Shown here in pieces: positions 26,500 through 37,999 of a stretch of DNA of 64,000 bases. Source of the DNA: Psammoneis japonica (taxonomy: Eukaryota); assembly GCA_008632985.1 (NCBI GenBank), contig QPGO01000122.1, forward strand, positions 62,001-126,000, in the 5' to 3' direction. Below the pieces are notes generated by a model, which searched no databases, had not been told where the DNA came from, and saw only the letters and a program-made list of their open reading frames with translations. Each line of letters begins with the position of its first letter. The first letter of the stretch is position 1. A program made the translations under genes and the position numbers.

Positions 26500-26760
26500 G
26501 AAGGTGCACATTCAGTTTTGCCAGATGCATGTGTGGCAGCATTGTTGCCATTTGGCATTGAGAAGGAAGTGCAAAATCACCAGAGAAACTGCCTTGCAAG
26601 AAGAGAGCTGAGATTTTCACATGGCCAACAACAAAAAATCCAGAGGCAGCTGCAAGTTTTTGTCTTGGTGGCAAGTGGCCATTCTGGAGCAGGCAAGTTT
26701 TCTCTCATTGAAAAGCTGAAAGGGACCAACATGCTTGGAAAGAAATGAAAACAGCATCAT
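26500..26760 (+). pseudogene. Possible decayed P-loop NTPase fragment inside a TpA-depleted block (26290-28070)
   Basis: VLVASGHSGAGKFSL resembles a Walker A motif of the GYSGxGKS type with Y->H; short and stop-terminated. Confidence 0.35.
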
Positions 26761-28492
26761 TGTGAAAGAATGACTCAAGTTGTTGCACCAATGATCAGAG
26801 CCTTGCTTGGTGGCAACTGTGTTTGTTGACGATTTGTTCTCAGAGCACACAAGAGGAGATGAAAAAGAAGCTACAAAGCAGCAGGATGTGAGAATCCATG
26901 TGAGACAGAGTTGGAGAAGAGACATGCTCCAGCTCCAGGACAGACAACAGCCGTGCTGTTGAGCTGTGCATTGACACCCTTTTTGTTGTGTGTGTGTGCC
27001 ACATGTCTTTCACACGCACATTTCTGGGTGACTTTGGCAAAGAATTTTTCATCATTTTGCAGCAAAATGGTTGGCTGATCCACTCAACTTTTTTCACCAC
27101 AACTCTTCAATGTCTTGAGAGTGGCACAGGACAGCAGGTGGATTTTCAAAAACTTTGAGTGTGATGAGGTGCAAATGCACTGGGTGCAAACTCGGTTGTT
27201 TTTTTCAAATGGTGAGAACAAACACATCCATTGACCAGAGTGCAAATTGCAGAGCTTGCATGCAAACTGACAAGCATTGCACAGTTTGTGGGCTCAAGCA
27301 GATCACAAAGATCACATCAGTGGCAATGTGTCCTCTTCCTCCATTCCCAGAATGGTCGAAACATCACCAATCTTAATCCTCAACGCACCAATGATGCTGC
27401 AGCCATCACCCTCACAATTTGATGCATTGGCACATGTTGAGGGGATGTGGCTTTGGTCTGCTTTGTTTTCTTGACAGGTGAACACACACAAAGCCCTGTC
27501 ATTTTATTTTTTGTTTGTGATGAAAGCCTTGATCAAATGGAGTGAAGACAAGGTGGCCCACTGCAGATCAAACAGAAATGATGCCAAAGGACTTGATGCC
27601 AAACACAGAGCCCCAAGAAGCAAACAAAATGCCAGGTTCCTTGCTTTAACACTGCTGCTTTCTGAAGATGGGCAAGGCCTTTGGAACCTTCATTCTTCAC
27701 AAACTGAGTTGAGCTGGGTGTCAAACTGGCCCCATCAACACCTTGACACCATCTTGACATGTTCCAGCCCCAGGCAGGAGTCCATGCAGCAGACCAGCTT
27801 GTCAAGATGTGTGGTGACTCCATCATGCCATGCTCAGAAGCATGCAGTGAAAACTCAGGCACTGGCACCAGAGGCAATCTTGATTCACAGATGACACAAA
27901 AGTCTCACAAATGACTCTAAGGTTTTCAACAGGGCTTGAGAGGTGGAAGCAGCAACAGCAACTTGAACTGCGATTTTCCACTCTCACCGCCATGACTTTC
28001 ATGTGTCTGTGAATCCTCTCGCTTGAAAAATTCCCACAACAAGGCTTTGTCACGCCGTGCGGTTCGCCGAATTACCCTCGCAGGTTGCAGCCCTGCAGGT
28101 GCCACAGAGTAAATAGACAAAATGTATGGATTCAGTCGGAAGCCAGAACACACAATTGATAGCTATTTCAAACCTTGAAAACAAAGAAGACCATTGTCTC
28201 TCGCGGGTAATGGTGTCGTGCATTGTGGGTGAAGATGAAATTGCTCACAATCGATTGATTAGGAAAGCGTTCTTTCACCGACTTATATGGACCAGAAAGA
28301 GAACTCCGATCTCGTCGCTGGCAATCATCACGGTTCAAACAGATTCACAGCAGCTTCAAAAGCTAGAGCAGCTTCTGTTTAGGTTTTTGCAATTGAAGTC
28401 TTTGGAGTAAGTAGCTAAAAGCCCTATCTAGGATAACCAACTGCAGCCCCTATCTAAAACTTAGAATAATTTTGTGACAGATGCAGAAAGTG

Positions 28493-30169
28493 TCAGGATT
28501 GTATTCTTCGTTGCTTTGTTGTTGCGCCCTTTAGTTCTTGCTGTCGTTTACGAGAATTGGCAATTTGATCTCTTTTGCCTGCAACTTTCCTGACACGCTC
28601 TGATTGGTTGGGGATCCGAATCGCCTTTCCTGGTCCACGTTGCACCTCTATTATCCATGCCAACAATCCACCAACATTCACGGGAAAGACAGCGGCGCAA
28701 GGTAGATTCCAAACACATTGGCTGGTATTGTCTTTGCTGTTTCCTTGTGTTGCTAGCTGGTTCAAGGAGAGTAGTCCTTCAAGTAGTGGCGCATACGAAC
28801 CACACAAGAGCACCATTCGTCCAGTTGCGGGCGTCAGGACTCGAGCCATTTCTGACACCAAGAGAGGCATCAAGGTAGCCAACTTGGCTGATGATAAGCA
28901 CCGTTGTCCAAAGGGCAAATCAGAAACAATCACGTCCACGACACCAGAGCGAACTGGCAACTGGACTGCGTCCCATGCCAATAAATCAGAAGCAACCCAT
29001 CCATTGTTCTTGACTAGTTGAATATAATTCGAAGCCACTGGTCCTAATCCAGCTGTGGGCGTTAACACAACATCGCCACCAAGACCAAACGCATGTGTAT
29101 CGAGATGCGTCACCTCCATGGGTATCGTTCCAATTCCTGCACAAGGGTCCAAGACGACATCCCCGGGTTGCACTTGAGCCAAGTGTAACAGCGCTTGCGC
29201 CGTGGAAGGACGCAATCGTACCAAACCTGACAGAACGCCTCCGGATAAGTACGGAACTGCAAGATCAGGAGGAATGGTACCGGATGAAAATGCCTTGGCA
29301 CCATGGTATTGGTATGGTCTCAAGGCCAATCCAACAGCAACACACGTTGGCTGGATCAACATTACAACTTCTACATGATATCTTTTCAAGTCAACAAGCC
29401 ACTTTTCATCCTTGTTCTCCGTACGGGCAGGAGGTACGACAATGTCAACCACAGATTTTAGCAATTCTTCGCGGGTATACTTGTACTGTTTTGATTGATG
29501 ACGAGCGCAACTTAAACGAAACTTGATGGGAGCTTTGCCACTGACAGCGTCATGCAAATCTTGTTGATCTTGTGTGGATAGTTGCCATGCTGCTGTCACA
29601 TGACGCTGCCACAAATTCACCGCAGCGTCCAAGGAATGCCCACTCGCTACAACGCCTTGAATAACTGCTACAGCTTCCTCCAAGGACTGAGTGTCCAGCA
29701 TGTTGACATTATCCCATATGCTAGCTACGGCCAAGAGCGGTCCGACGCAACGAAGCTTGTTTGCAATAACATCAACCGGAGCGTCTGTATCCAAACGCAT
29801 CCAAACCACACCTTCCAAGAGCCCGGGGTACGACATTATGCCTTGTGAAGACAAAGACGCTGAATTTGAACAGTAGCCAATACTTATGTGACGGCCACTG
29901 CCATTGAGATCATGCGTAGTTCCGACGGGTTTCCCTTCATGACACGCGGATTCAACGTCAGGAGTCTTGCTCTTTTTCTTGCGGTTTGCTTCTTGTACAA
30001 GACGTCCGAGGCGTTCGATATCTTCGCTTCTTTGATCATCCAAAATCGTTAAATCAAGACGATACATAGGCCTTAGTGTTTTTGTCACGCAATCTAAAAC
30101 GGCATGTTGAAGACCTCTCGGAACCAGCGCGAGATAGGAGTCAGTAGTTTCCACAGCTGTTTCCGCCAT
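28493..30169 (-). CDS. THUMP-domain RNA (guanine-N2) methyltransferase, THUMPD2/THUMPD3-like (558 aa)
   Basis: SAM motif VLDPCAGIGTIPME, SDLPFG, LRPSTAQAL, and THUMP-like FRLSCAR...WLVDL. Confidence 0.9.
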   Translation of the reverse strand: MAETAVETTDSYLALVPRGLQHAVLDCVTKTLRPMYRLDLTILDDQRSEDIERLGRLVQEANRKKKSKTPDVESACHEGKPVGTTHDLNGSGRHISIGYCSNSASLSSQGIMSYPGLLEGVVWMRLDTDAPVDVIANKLRCVGPLLAVASIWDNVNMLDTQSLEEAVAVIQGVVASGHSLDAAVNLWQRHVTAAWQLSTQDQQDLHDAVSGKAPIKFRLSCARHQSKQYKYTREELLKSVVDIVVPPARTENKDEKWLVDLKRYHVEVVMLIQPTCVAVGLALRPYQYHGAKAFSSGTIPPDLAVPYLSGGVLSGLVRLRPSTAQALLHLAQVQPGDVVLDPCAGIGTIPMEVTHLDTHAFGLGGDVVLTPTAGLGPVASNYIQLVKNNGWVASDLLAWDAVQLPVRSGVVDVIVSDLPFGQRCLSSAKLATLMPLLVSEMARVLTPATGRMVLLCGSYAPLLEGLLSLNQLATQGNSKDNTSQCVWNLPCAAVFPVNVGGLLAWIIEVQRGPGKAIRIPNQSERVRKVAGKRDQIANSRKRQQELKGATTKQRRIQS

Positions 30170-30281
30170 GGCTTCTCGTTTGACTGCCTATTGGAAGGCA
30201 ACTTTCAAAAAGAAAACTGAAGCTTCAGCTCAGAAGGTATGGCTCACTGTGATAGATCCAAGATAATGTCAATGCGGCCCA

Positions 30282-33200
30282 GGTTTTTGGGCAATTTTTT
30301 CATGTTCGTGGCCGGTTAAAGGAAAAGAGAAAAAAAGAGGGGATTCGACCATTGAACACACACACAATTGACCATGCAACCAGGGCCAGAGTTGCACTGG
30401 CTTCTTTTGGTCCAGGGTGGTTGCTGCAGGTGCAAAGAGATGTGACACTGAGTGTGTGCCACCAAGCTGAGCAGCCCAGCTTGGGTGTCAGCCAAGCCCT
30501 GCCAGGCCAGCTGCCCTGGCTCCAGCTCTGCTCATCCCAGTGTGTGCGAATTGTTGAAGGAGCACCACATTGACTCAAAGGCTGTGTTTCAAGTGGGGCA
30601 GAGAGAAAAAACTGTCATCTTGACTGGTGCTTGCTTCAGACCCTGCATCATGAGTGCAAGCTCCTCTTGAGAAATGAGCAAGAACAGCCATTTTTGGTGC
30701 CTCTCTTTGGCTGCCCACTTGGCATTGCCAACAAATCTTGAACCCAACTTCGCTCACAGTTTCTTCACTCTTCAACCACAAAAGCAGGTTCAACTTTTTC
30801 TTTGTGACTGGGGTCGCTGTTGCAGACACAAATGGTGGGCACATGCCATGTGGCTGCTTGGCGACAAGAATGTGATGCCAAGCATGTGATGCACACCAAG
30901 GAGCCAAGCAGCCCAGCTCAGCTTTGAATGGAGCCCCAGGACAGCAGCCAACTCTGGGTGATCTCAGCATGGTTTGCTTGTTCAAGCTGTGCTGCACTCA
31001 CCCCACAATGCTCTGTGTTGTGGTGGCTTCTTGTTGCAAGCCGTGGCTGAGTCAGCAGCCAGCCAGGGGCCCATCTTGCAAAGGCCACACACACATGTTG
31101 ACCCTGTGCAAAGCTGTGTGAGGGGCCAGGCACAGGAATTTGAAACAATGGTGCTTCACAGCCATTGGTCCCAAGTTGTCATTTGGTTGGGAGCCATTGC
31201 TGAGGGGCTGTGAAGTGTGGGGTTGGGAGCCCAGCCAGGAGCTCACACTCTGCCACAAAGTGCTGATGCAGCTGTCTTTGCATTGCAGCCAGCCAGGTGT
31301 GGTTGACCCCAAGTTGGCACGTGATTTAGAGTGACTGCCAAGGAGCTGTGAAGTGTGGGGTTGGGCAGTCCAGCCAGCTCACACTCTTTGCTGACAGCAG
31401 AAAGTGCTGTCGCAGCTGTCCTTGCATTGTGGTGCCAGCCAGGTGCACACATGGCCAGAGCAGCCTTGGCACATCCTGCTGACAAAGCTGGCAAAGATGG
31501 CGACTCTTGTGGTTGAGCCACCTAGCATGCAGGAGGTCTGGGCACACTCCTGGGAAGTCAAATGGGAAGGAGAGCTCAGCATTGCCGCCAGTGCCAGGCA
31601 CAAATGTCAGCTTGTCTTGAGAGAGATTTGAGCCCACACAGCCCCGAGTTGGGTGTCTTGGCTGGCAAGTTAGAAAGCATTCTTGAGCACATTCTGGGAT
31701 GTGGGCAGCACTGTCACCAAGAGAGCTGCTCTGCAGAGGAAGAGGGAAACAGGCAACAACATTTTGCAAGAACTGTTTTGTGTCAATGGTCGGGTGGGAT
31801 GGGGCAGCATCTGGCCTTTGACGGAGCATTTGGTGGACAAAGCTTGAGCACAGAGAGCTGTCCACTCAAGCTCCACAAGTGGCACATTTCAAAGGTGACA
31901 CCAATGTGTTCATGCATCAACATGCCTCAAGCTGCAAGTCACACAAAAAACCACCACCAACCTTTCTCAACCAACCACCATCATGGACAGAACAGGTCAA
32001 GAGGTTCGAAACAAGAGTGATTGCTTCATTGACTCTCTTCTTGTTTCATGCATTCAAGAGCTTGTTCTTGTCCTTCTCAAATGTTTGTTGTGCATTGTTG
32101 TCTCTTTTAATTCAAGTGCAAAGAGGAGTCACTTTTCTTGTTTCTGTCTCTTGAGATGTTGTTGGTTGTTGAGTGATGCAATTTTTGTTGCTTGTCACAT
32201 TTTTGGAAATGTTGGCAAACCCGATCACTGCTTGACTGTCAACCCATTTACTGTTTTAAGTCTCCATGGCATAAAATGCCATAATTCCAGAGCCCTCAAT
32301 TGTTTCATCAAACGCAGTGCTTTGAAACACGTCCAACATCAACTCGACTCAGTTGAAATCCCAGTTTGTGGGCGATGAAAAATCACGAATGTCAAACAAA
32401 TGGCTACTTTCGACATCAAGATCCCCGAGTTCAATCCACATGTGATGGTACGCCTCACAGCTTATGGCCATGACACATACAAGCATGCCTTATTGTTGTC
32501 ATCGCGTATACTCGTATCGAAAATGCCGATAGATCAAAGTTCAGGAAAAGGATGGAATACAAATTCATTTGTGTATTCACTAGAGTGGCATTGGCGTAAT
32601 GACATTTACGGCAGAAGCGATCAAAAATCCTTATTCATCATTGACATTTCTGTATTGCTCAGAATTTGAAATCTGACCACCACCGTCAAGCATTTATTAG
32701 CTTTCTTTGTGTCGAAGTGGAAACGACACTTAACGATTTACACTAACCATTTAGCTTTCTTTGTGTCGAAGTGGAAATGACACTTAACGATTTACATTAA
32801 CCATTTAGCTTACTTTGGCTCGAAGTCAGACAATGAGATTGGGTTATGGGCTTGTCGTTAACCAGCCACGAGCATGAAATCTTTACCGGTTTTGGCAATT
32901 TTTTCATGTTCGTGGCCGGTTAAAGGAAAAGAGAAAAAAAGAGGGGATTCGACCATTGAACACACACACAATTGACCATGCAACCAGGGCCAGAGTTGCA
33001 CTGGCTTCTTTTGGTCCAGGGTGGTTGCTGCAGGTGCAAAGAGATGTGACACTGAGTGTGTGCCACCAAGCTGAGCAGCCCAGCTTGGGTGTCAGCCAAG
33101 CCCTGCCAGGCCAGCTGCCCTGGCTCCAGCTCTGCTCATCCCAGTGTGTGCGAATTGTTGAAGGAGCACCACATTGACTCAAAGGCTGTGTTTCAAGTGG

Positions 33201-35506
33201 GGCAGAGAGAAAAAACTGTCATCTTGACTGGTGCTTGCTTCAGACCCTGCATCATGAGTGCAAGCTCCTCTTGAGAAATGAGCAAGAACAGCCATTTTTG
33301 GTGCCTCTCTTTGGCTGCCCACTTGGCATTGCCAACAAATCTTGAACCCAACTTCGCTCACAGTTTCTTCACTCTTCAACCACAAAAGCAGGTTCAACTT
33401 TTTCTTTGTGACTGGGGTCGCTGTTGCAGACACAAATGGTGGGCACATGCCATGTGGCTGCTTGGCGACAAGAATGTGATGCCAAGCATGTGATGCACAC
33501 CAAGGAGCCAAGCAGCCCAGCTCAGCTTTGAATGGAGCCCCAGGACAGCAGCCAACTCTGGGTGATCTCAGCATGGTTTGCTTGTTCAAGCTGTGCTGCA
33601 CTCACCCCACAATGCTCTGTGTTGTGGTGGCTTCTTGTTGCAAGCCGTGGCTGAGTCAGCAGCCAGCCAGGGGCCCATCTTGCAAAGGCCACACACACAT
33701 GTTGACCCTGTGCAAAGCTGTGTGAGGGGCCAGGCACAGGAATTTGAAACAATGGTGCTTCACAGCCATTGGTCCCAAGTTGTCATTTGGTTGGGAGCCA
33801 TTGCTGAGGGGCTGTGAAGTGTGGGGTTGGGAGCCCAGCCAGGAGCTCACACTCTGCCACAAAGTGCTGCCACAGCTGTCTTTGCATTGCAGCCAGCCAG
33901 GTGTGGTTGACCCCAAGTTGGCACTTGATTTAGAGTGACTGCCAAGGAGCTGTGAAGTGTGGGGTTGGGCAGTCCAGCCAGCTCACACTCTTTGCTGACA
34001 GCAGAAAGTGCTGTCGCAGCTGTCCTTGCATTGTGGTGCCAGCCAGGTGCACACATGGCCAGAGCAGCCTTGGCACATCCTGCTGACAAAGCTGGCAAAG
34101 ATGGCGACTCTTGTGGTTGAGCCACCTAGCATGCAGGAGGTCTGGGCACACTCCTGGGAAGTCAAATGGGAAGGAGAGCTCAGCATTGCCGCCAGTGCCA
34201 GGCACAAATGTCAGCTTGTCTTGAGAGAGATTTGAGCCCACACAGCCCCGAGTTGGGTGTCTTGGCTGGCAAGTTAGAAAGCATTCTTGAGCACATTCTG
34301 GGATGTGGGCAGCACTGTCACCAAGAGAGCTGCTCTGCAGAGGAAGAGGGAAACAGGCAACAACATTTGCAAGAACTGTTTTGTGTCAATGGTCGGGTGG
34401 GATGGGGGGCAGGCAGCATCTGGCCTTTGACGGAGCATTTGGTGGACAAAGCTTGAGCACAGAGAGCTGTCCACTCAAGCTCCACAAGTGGCACATTTCA
34501 AAGGTGACACCAATGTGTTCATGCATCAACATGCCTCAAGCTGCAAGTCACACAAAAAACCACCACCAACCTTTCTCAACCAACCACCATCATGGACAGA
34601 ACAGGTCAAGAGGTTCGAAACAAGAGTGATTGCTTCATCGACTCTCTTCTTGTTTCATGCATTCAAGAGCTTGTTCTTGTCCTTCTCAAATGTTTGTTGT
34701 GCATTGTTGTCTCTTTTAATTCAAGTGCAAAGAGGAGTCACTTTTCTTGTTTCTGTCTCTTGAGATGTTGTTGGTTGTTGAGTGATGCAATTTTTGTTGC
34801 TTGTCACATTTTTGGAAATGTTGGCAAACCCGATCACTGCTTGACTGTCAACCCATTTACTGTTTTAAGTCTCCATGGCATAAAATGCCATAATTCCAGA
34901 GCCCTCAATTGTTTCATCAAACACAGTGCTTTGAAACACGTCCAACATCAACTCGACTCAGTTGAAATCCCAGTTTGTGGGCGATGAAAAATCACGAATG
35001 TCAAACAAATGGCCACTTTCGACATCAAGATCCCCGAGTTCAATCCACATGTGATGGTGCGCCTCACAGCTCATGACCATGACACATGCAAGCATGCCTT
35101 GTTGTTGTCATCGCGTGTGCTCGTGTCGAAAATGCCGATAGATCAAAGTTCAGGAAAAGGATGGAACACAAATTCATTTGTGTGTTCACTAGAGTGGCAT
35201 TGGCGCAATGACATTTACGGCAGAAGCGATCAAAAATCCTTGTTCATCATTGACATTTCTGTGTTGCTCAGAATTTGAAATCTGACCACCGCCGTCAAGC
35301 ATTTATTAGCTTTCTTTGTGTCGAAGTGGAAACGACACTCAACGATTTGCACTGACCATTTGGCTTTCTTTGTGTCGAAGTGGAAATGACACTCAACGAT
35401 TTACACTAACCATTTAGCTTACTTTGGCTCGAAGTCAGACAATGAGATTGGGTTATGGGCTTGTCGTTAACCAGCCACGAGCATGAAATCTTTACCGGTT
35501 TTTGGG
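30282..35506. repeat. Near-identical direct tandem duplication of a ~2.6-kb unit (copy 1 ~30289-32892, copy 2 ~32893-35503)
   Basis: Identical ORF sets offset by 2604-2609 nt; GGTTTTTGGG at 30282-30291 and 35497-35506, GGTTTTGG at the junction (32888); internal ~56-bp and ~140-bp sub-repeats. Confidence 0.95.
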
Positions 35507-36094
35507 TTTTGCGTTGCCCACCATCGCACGGTTTTTTTAGGGGTTTGAGGTTGCGCGCGCGCGCGCCTTGGTGTACAGAAAAAAAGCATGGACGCCTTAC
35601 CATGATACAATGAGGGTAATACCCGATGACATTTTTGAAGGAAGAACCCTTCCGTCCTCGAACTCGTGGGATCGACATTTCTCTTGAATAATGACTGTGA
35701 CATTTCCATGAATTTATGCCACATTCAGTCATTCTTCGTTTTTTGTCTTGAAGTTCACGTGAATTTTCCAAATTCGTCCTCCCCAAAAACTGTCTCCTTT
35801 TTTCATGTTTTCACGTGTTGTTGCATCACGAACATTGAACATGGCACAGTCGTTTTCCATCATTCCATCGCTTTATCTCACCATAGCATCTTCAGACTTC
35901 TCAATTGAGTCTATTGTTACAACTCTACTTAAAAGGAAGGAGACAAACGAAGAAAGCAAAGTGGTCTGCGACCCGCCCACTCACATCAACATAAACGACA
36001 GAGAATTCGGCCCAACGAGTTGGCTGAATCAGTAGGGCTATAAGTACCGGTAGAACGTTCACGAGCCGAAACCACTTCAGAAAATCACTAAGCC

Positions 36095-37525
36095 ATGATT
36101 GACACGGGCAGTTCTTTGAGTGGAAATTGTGGCAAGAGGGGTAACGAGTCAAAGCCACTCATGGAGGAAAAGAAGAGGCAAAAGAGTCCTGAAAACGAAA
36201 AACCCATCAAGCAAATTGCGAGTTTCAGGAGAAGGGTGTCTCAAGTGAACGTGTATCAACAGTATGATGGGATCCTTCGAGAGGAAGTCGAGAGTCTTCC
36301 GATTTGGACTAGATTCGCCATTACGTCGTCTCCACGTGATGTCAGTCAGCAAGAGCTAATCAAGCGATCGACCTTTGTTCTTATTTGCATGCTCAAGATT
36401 TGCTGTTGCATTCCGTGGGCGACGATATACTTTTTTGTTGGTGAAGTGATGGCTGGACTTATGCCTCTTGTCTACTTGTGTGGAGTAGCGTTGAATTTTT
36501 TGGCTTTTGGAAAAGCCTTGATCGAATACAATACGTTTGTTGTTCATCAGCTCTGCTTGATTCTTCTCTGCCCAATCGGAGTTCATGTTGCACTGGGGGG
36601 GCTTATGGAGTCTGGCGGAGTGTTGCTATGGAGTTTTCTTTGCCCTCTTGGTGGTGCTTTCTTTCGTTCTTCAAACGAATCCATCACTTGGTTCAAGATC
36701 TATCTCATGGCTACTCTACCTCTGCTGTTTGGAGAGTTTTACAATTACGACGGAATCACACGAGTTGCGCCCGTCCACGTGTGCAGATTTTGGGTAATGA
36801 ACATTGTTGGCGTCTTGTCCATCATTTTTTGTGCTGCGGTATACTTTTCAAAGGCATTGGAAGCTGAGTACGATCGATCCGAGAATCTTTTGCACAATAT
36901 TCTTCCGAAGAGCATTGCAGAGCGAATCAAAATGGGCGAGAACCCGATCATGGACAAGCACAGTGAAATCAGCCTCTTGTTTACTGACATTGTCGGCTTC
37001 ACTACAGCGGCAGCCACGATGAGTCCCAATATTGTTATTGAAGGCTTCCTGGAGGCATTCTTTTCGGCAACAGATGACGCGGTCGAACGGCGAAGACTAA
37101 CAAAGATCAAAACCATTGGTGATGCGTACATGGTAGCTGGAGGACTGGAGAAAGGTGGTCCTGTAGATCATGCAGTTCAACTTCTGGAGCTTGCTCGAGA
37201 AATGTTTGAGATTCTCGAAAGCGTGAATAGGAGGGTTGGGACCAACTTTGAGATCCGTATCGGCATGCACGTTGGTCCTGTGATTGCCGGTGTGTTGGGA
37301 ACGAACCGGTTCGCATATGACGTATGGGGCGATGCAGTAAATACGGCAAGCCGTATGGAATCTCATGGCAAGCCAGGATCTATTCATTTAAGCGAGAGTG
37401 CACATGAAAAGGTGAAGGGTGTGAAGGGATACAAATTTAGCACAGACGGAGAATCATTTGTAAAAGGCAAAGGGAAAATGACGACTTATTACGCCAAGCC
37501 ACAACCGCTGCCATGTGTGTCTTGA
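36095..37525 (+). CDS. Membrane-bound class III adenylate/guanylate cyclase (476 aa)
   Basis: Multi-TM N-terminus, LLHNILPKSIA linker, LFTDIVGFT, KIKTIGDAYMV, IRIGMHVGPV, YDVWGDAVNTASRMES. Confidence 0.95.
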   Translation: MIDTGSSLSGNCGKRGNESKPLMEEKKRQKSPENEKPIKQIASFRRRVSQVNVYQQYDGILREEVESLPIWTRFAITSSPRDVSQQELIKRSTFVLICMLKICCCIPWATIYFFVGEVMAGLMPLVYLCGVALNFLAFGKALIEYNTFVVHQLCLILLCPIGVHVALGGLMESGGVLLWSFLCPLGGAFFRSSNESITWFKIYLMATLPLLFGEFYNYDGITRVAPVHVCRFWVMNIVGVLSIIFCAAVYFSKALEAEYDRSENLLHNILPKSIAERIKMGENPIMDKHSEISLLFTDIVGFTTAAATMSPNIVIEGFLEAFFSATDDAVERRRLTKIKTIGDAYMVAGGLEKGGPVDHAVQLLELAREMFEILESVNRRVGTNFEIRIGMHVGPVIAGVLGTNRFAYDVWGDAVNTASRMESHGKPGSIHLSESAHEKVKGVKGYKFSTDGESFVKGKGKMTTYYAKPQPLPCVS

Positions 37526-37779
37526 TTTCTGGACAGTACTAACACTTTCATAGACGAGCCCCTTACGTGCTTTACCAATATCGATTGCATCGTTGCATGT
37601 TTCTCGTGGGTCAAAGCCTTCGTGGGCAAGATCTTTGCATGTTTTGCAATTCTGAGTGTTTTTGATGTACAAGCGTTGGTGTGACTGCGTTGCTAGTGTA
37701 GACATGATATTCTACGACATTTGGCAACTCCCCTTGAAGAGAAAGGAAACATAATAAGAGGGGAAAGTGCTGTGAAACC

Positions 37780-37910
37780 GGCCCACCTCACATCAGAAAC
37801 AACAGAAGCATTCGGCCTAACGAGTTGGCTCAATCAGCACAGAACGTTCACGAGCCAAGCCACCTTAGACAATCATCAAGCCATGATTTGACTTGGACAT
37901 TTCTTCGAGC
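37780..37910 (+). pseudogene. Short duplicated fragment of the cyclase 5' region
   Basis: Similar to 35975-36120 (CCCACCTCACATCA...AACGAGTTGGCT...AAGCCATGATT). Confidence 0.7.
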
Positions 37911-37999
37911 CGAAATTGGTCAAAATTGTCATTGCGTGCTTGAGCTGCTCCTGCAGCATGATTTTCTACGACATTTTTCTTCCTTAGCGCACCACCTGT

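Noticed and set aside
32691..32830. Repeated TTAGCTTTCTTTGTGTCGAAGTGGAAA units as a possible CRISPR array
   Set aside because: The whole ~56-bp unit repeats with no unique spacers; only 2-3 units, eukaryotic context and no cas genes.
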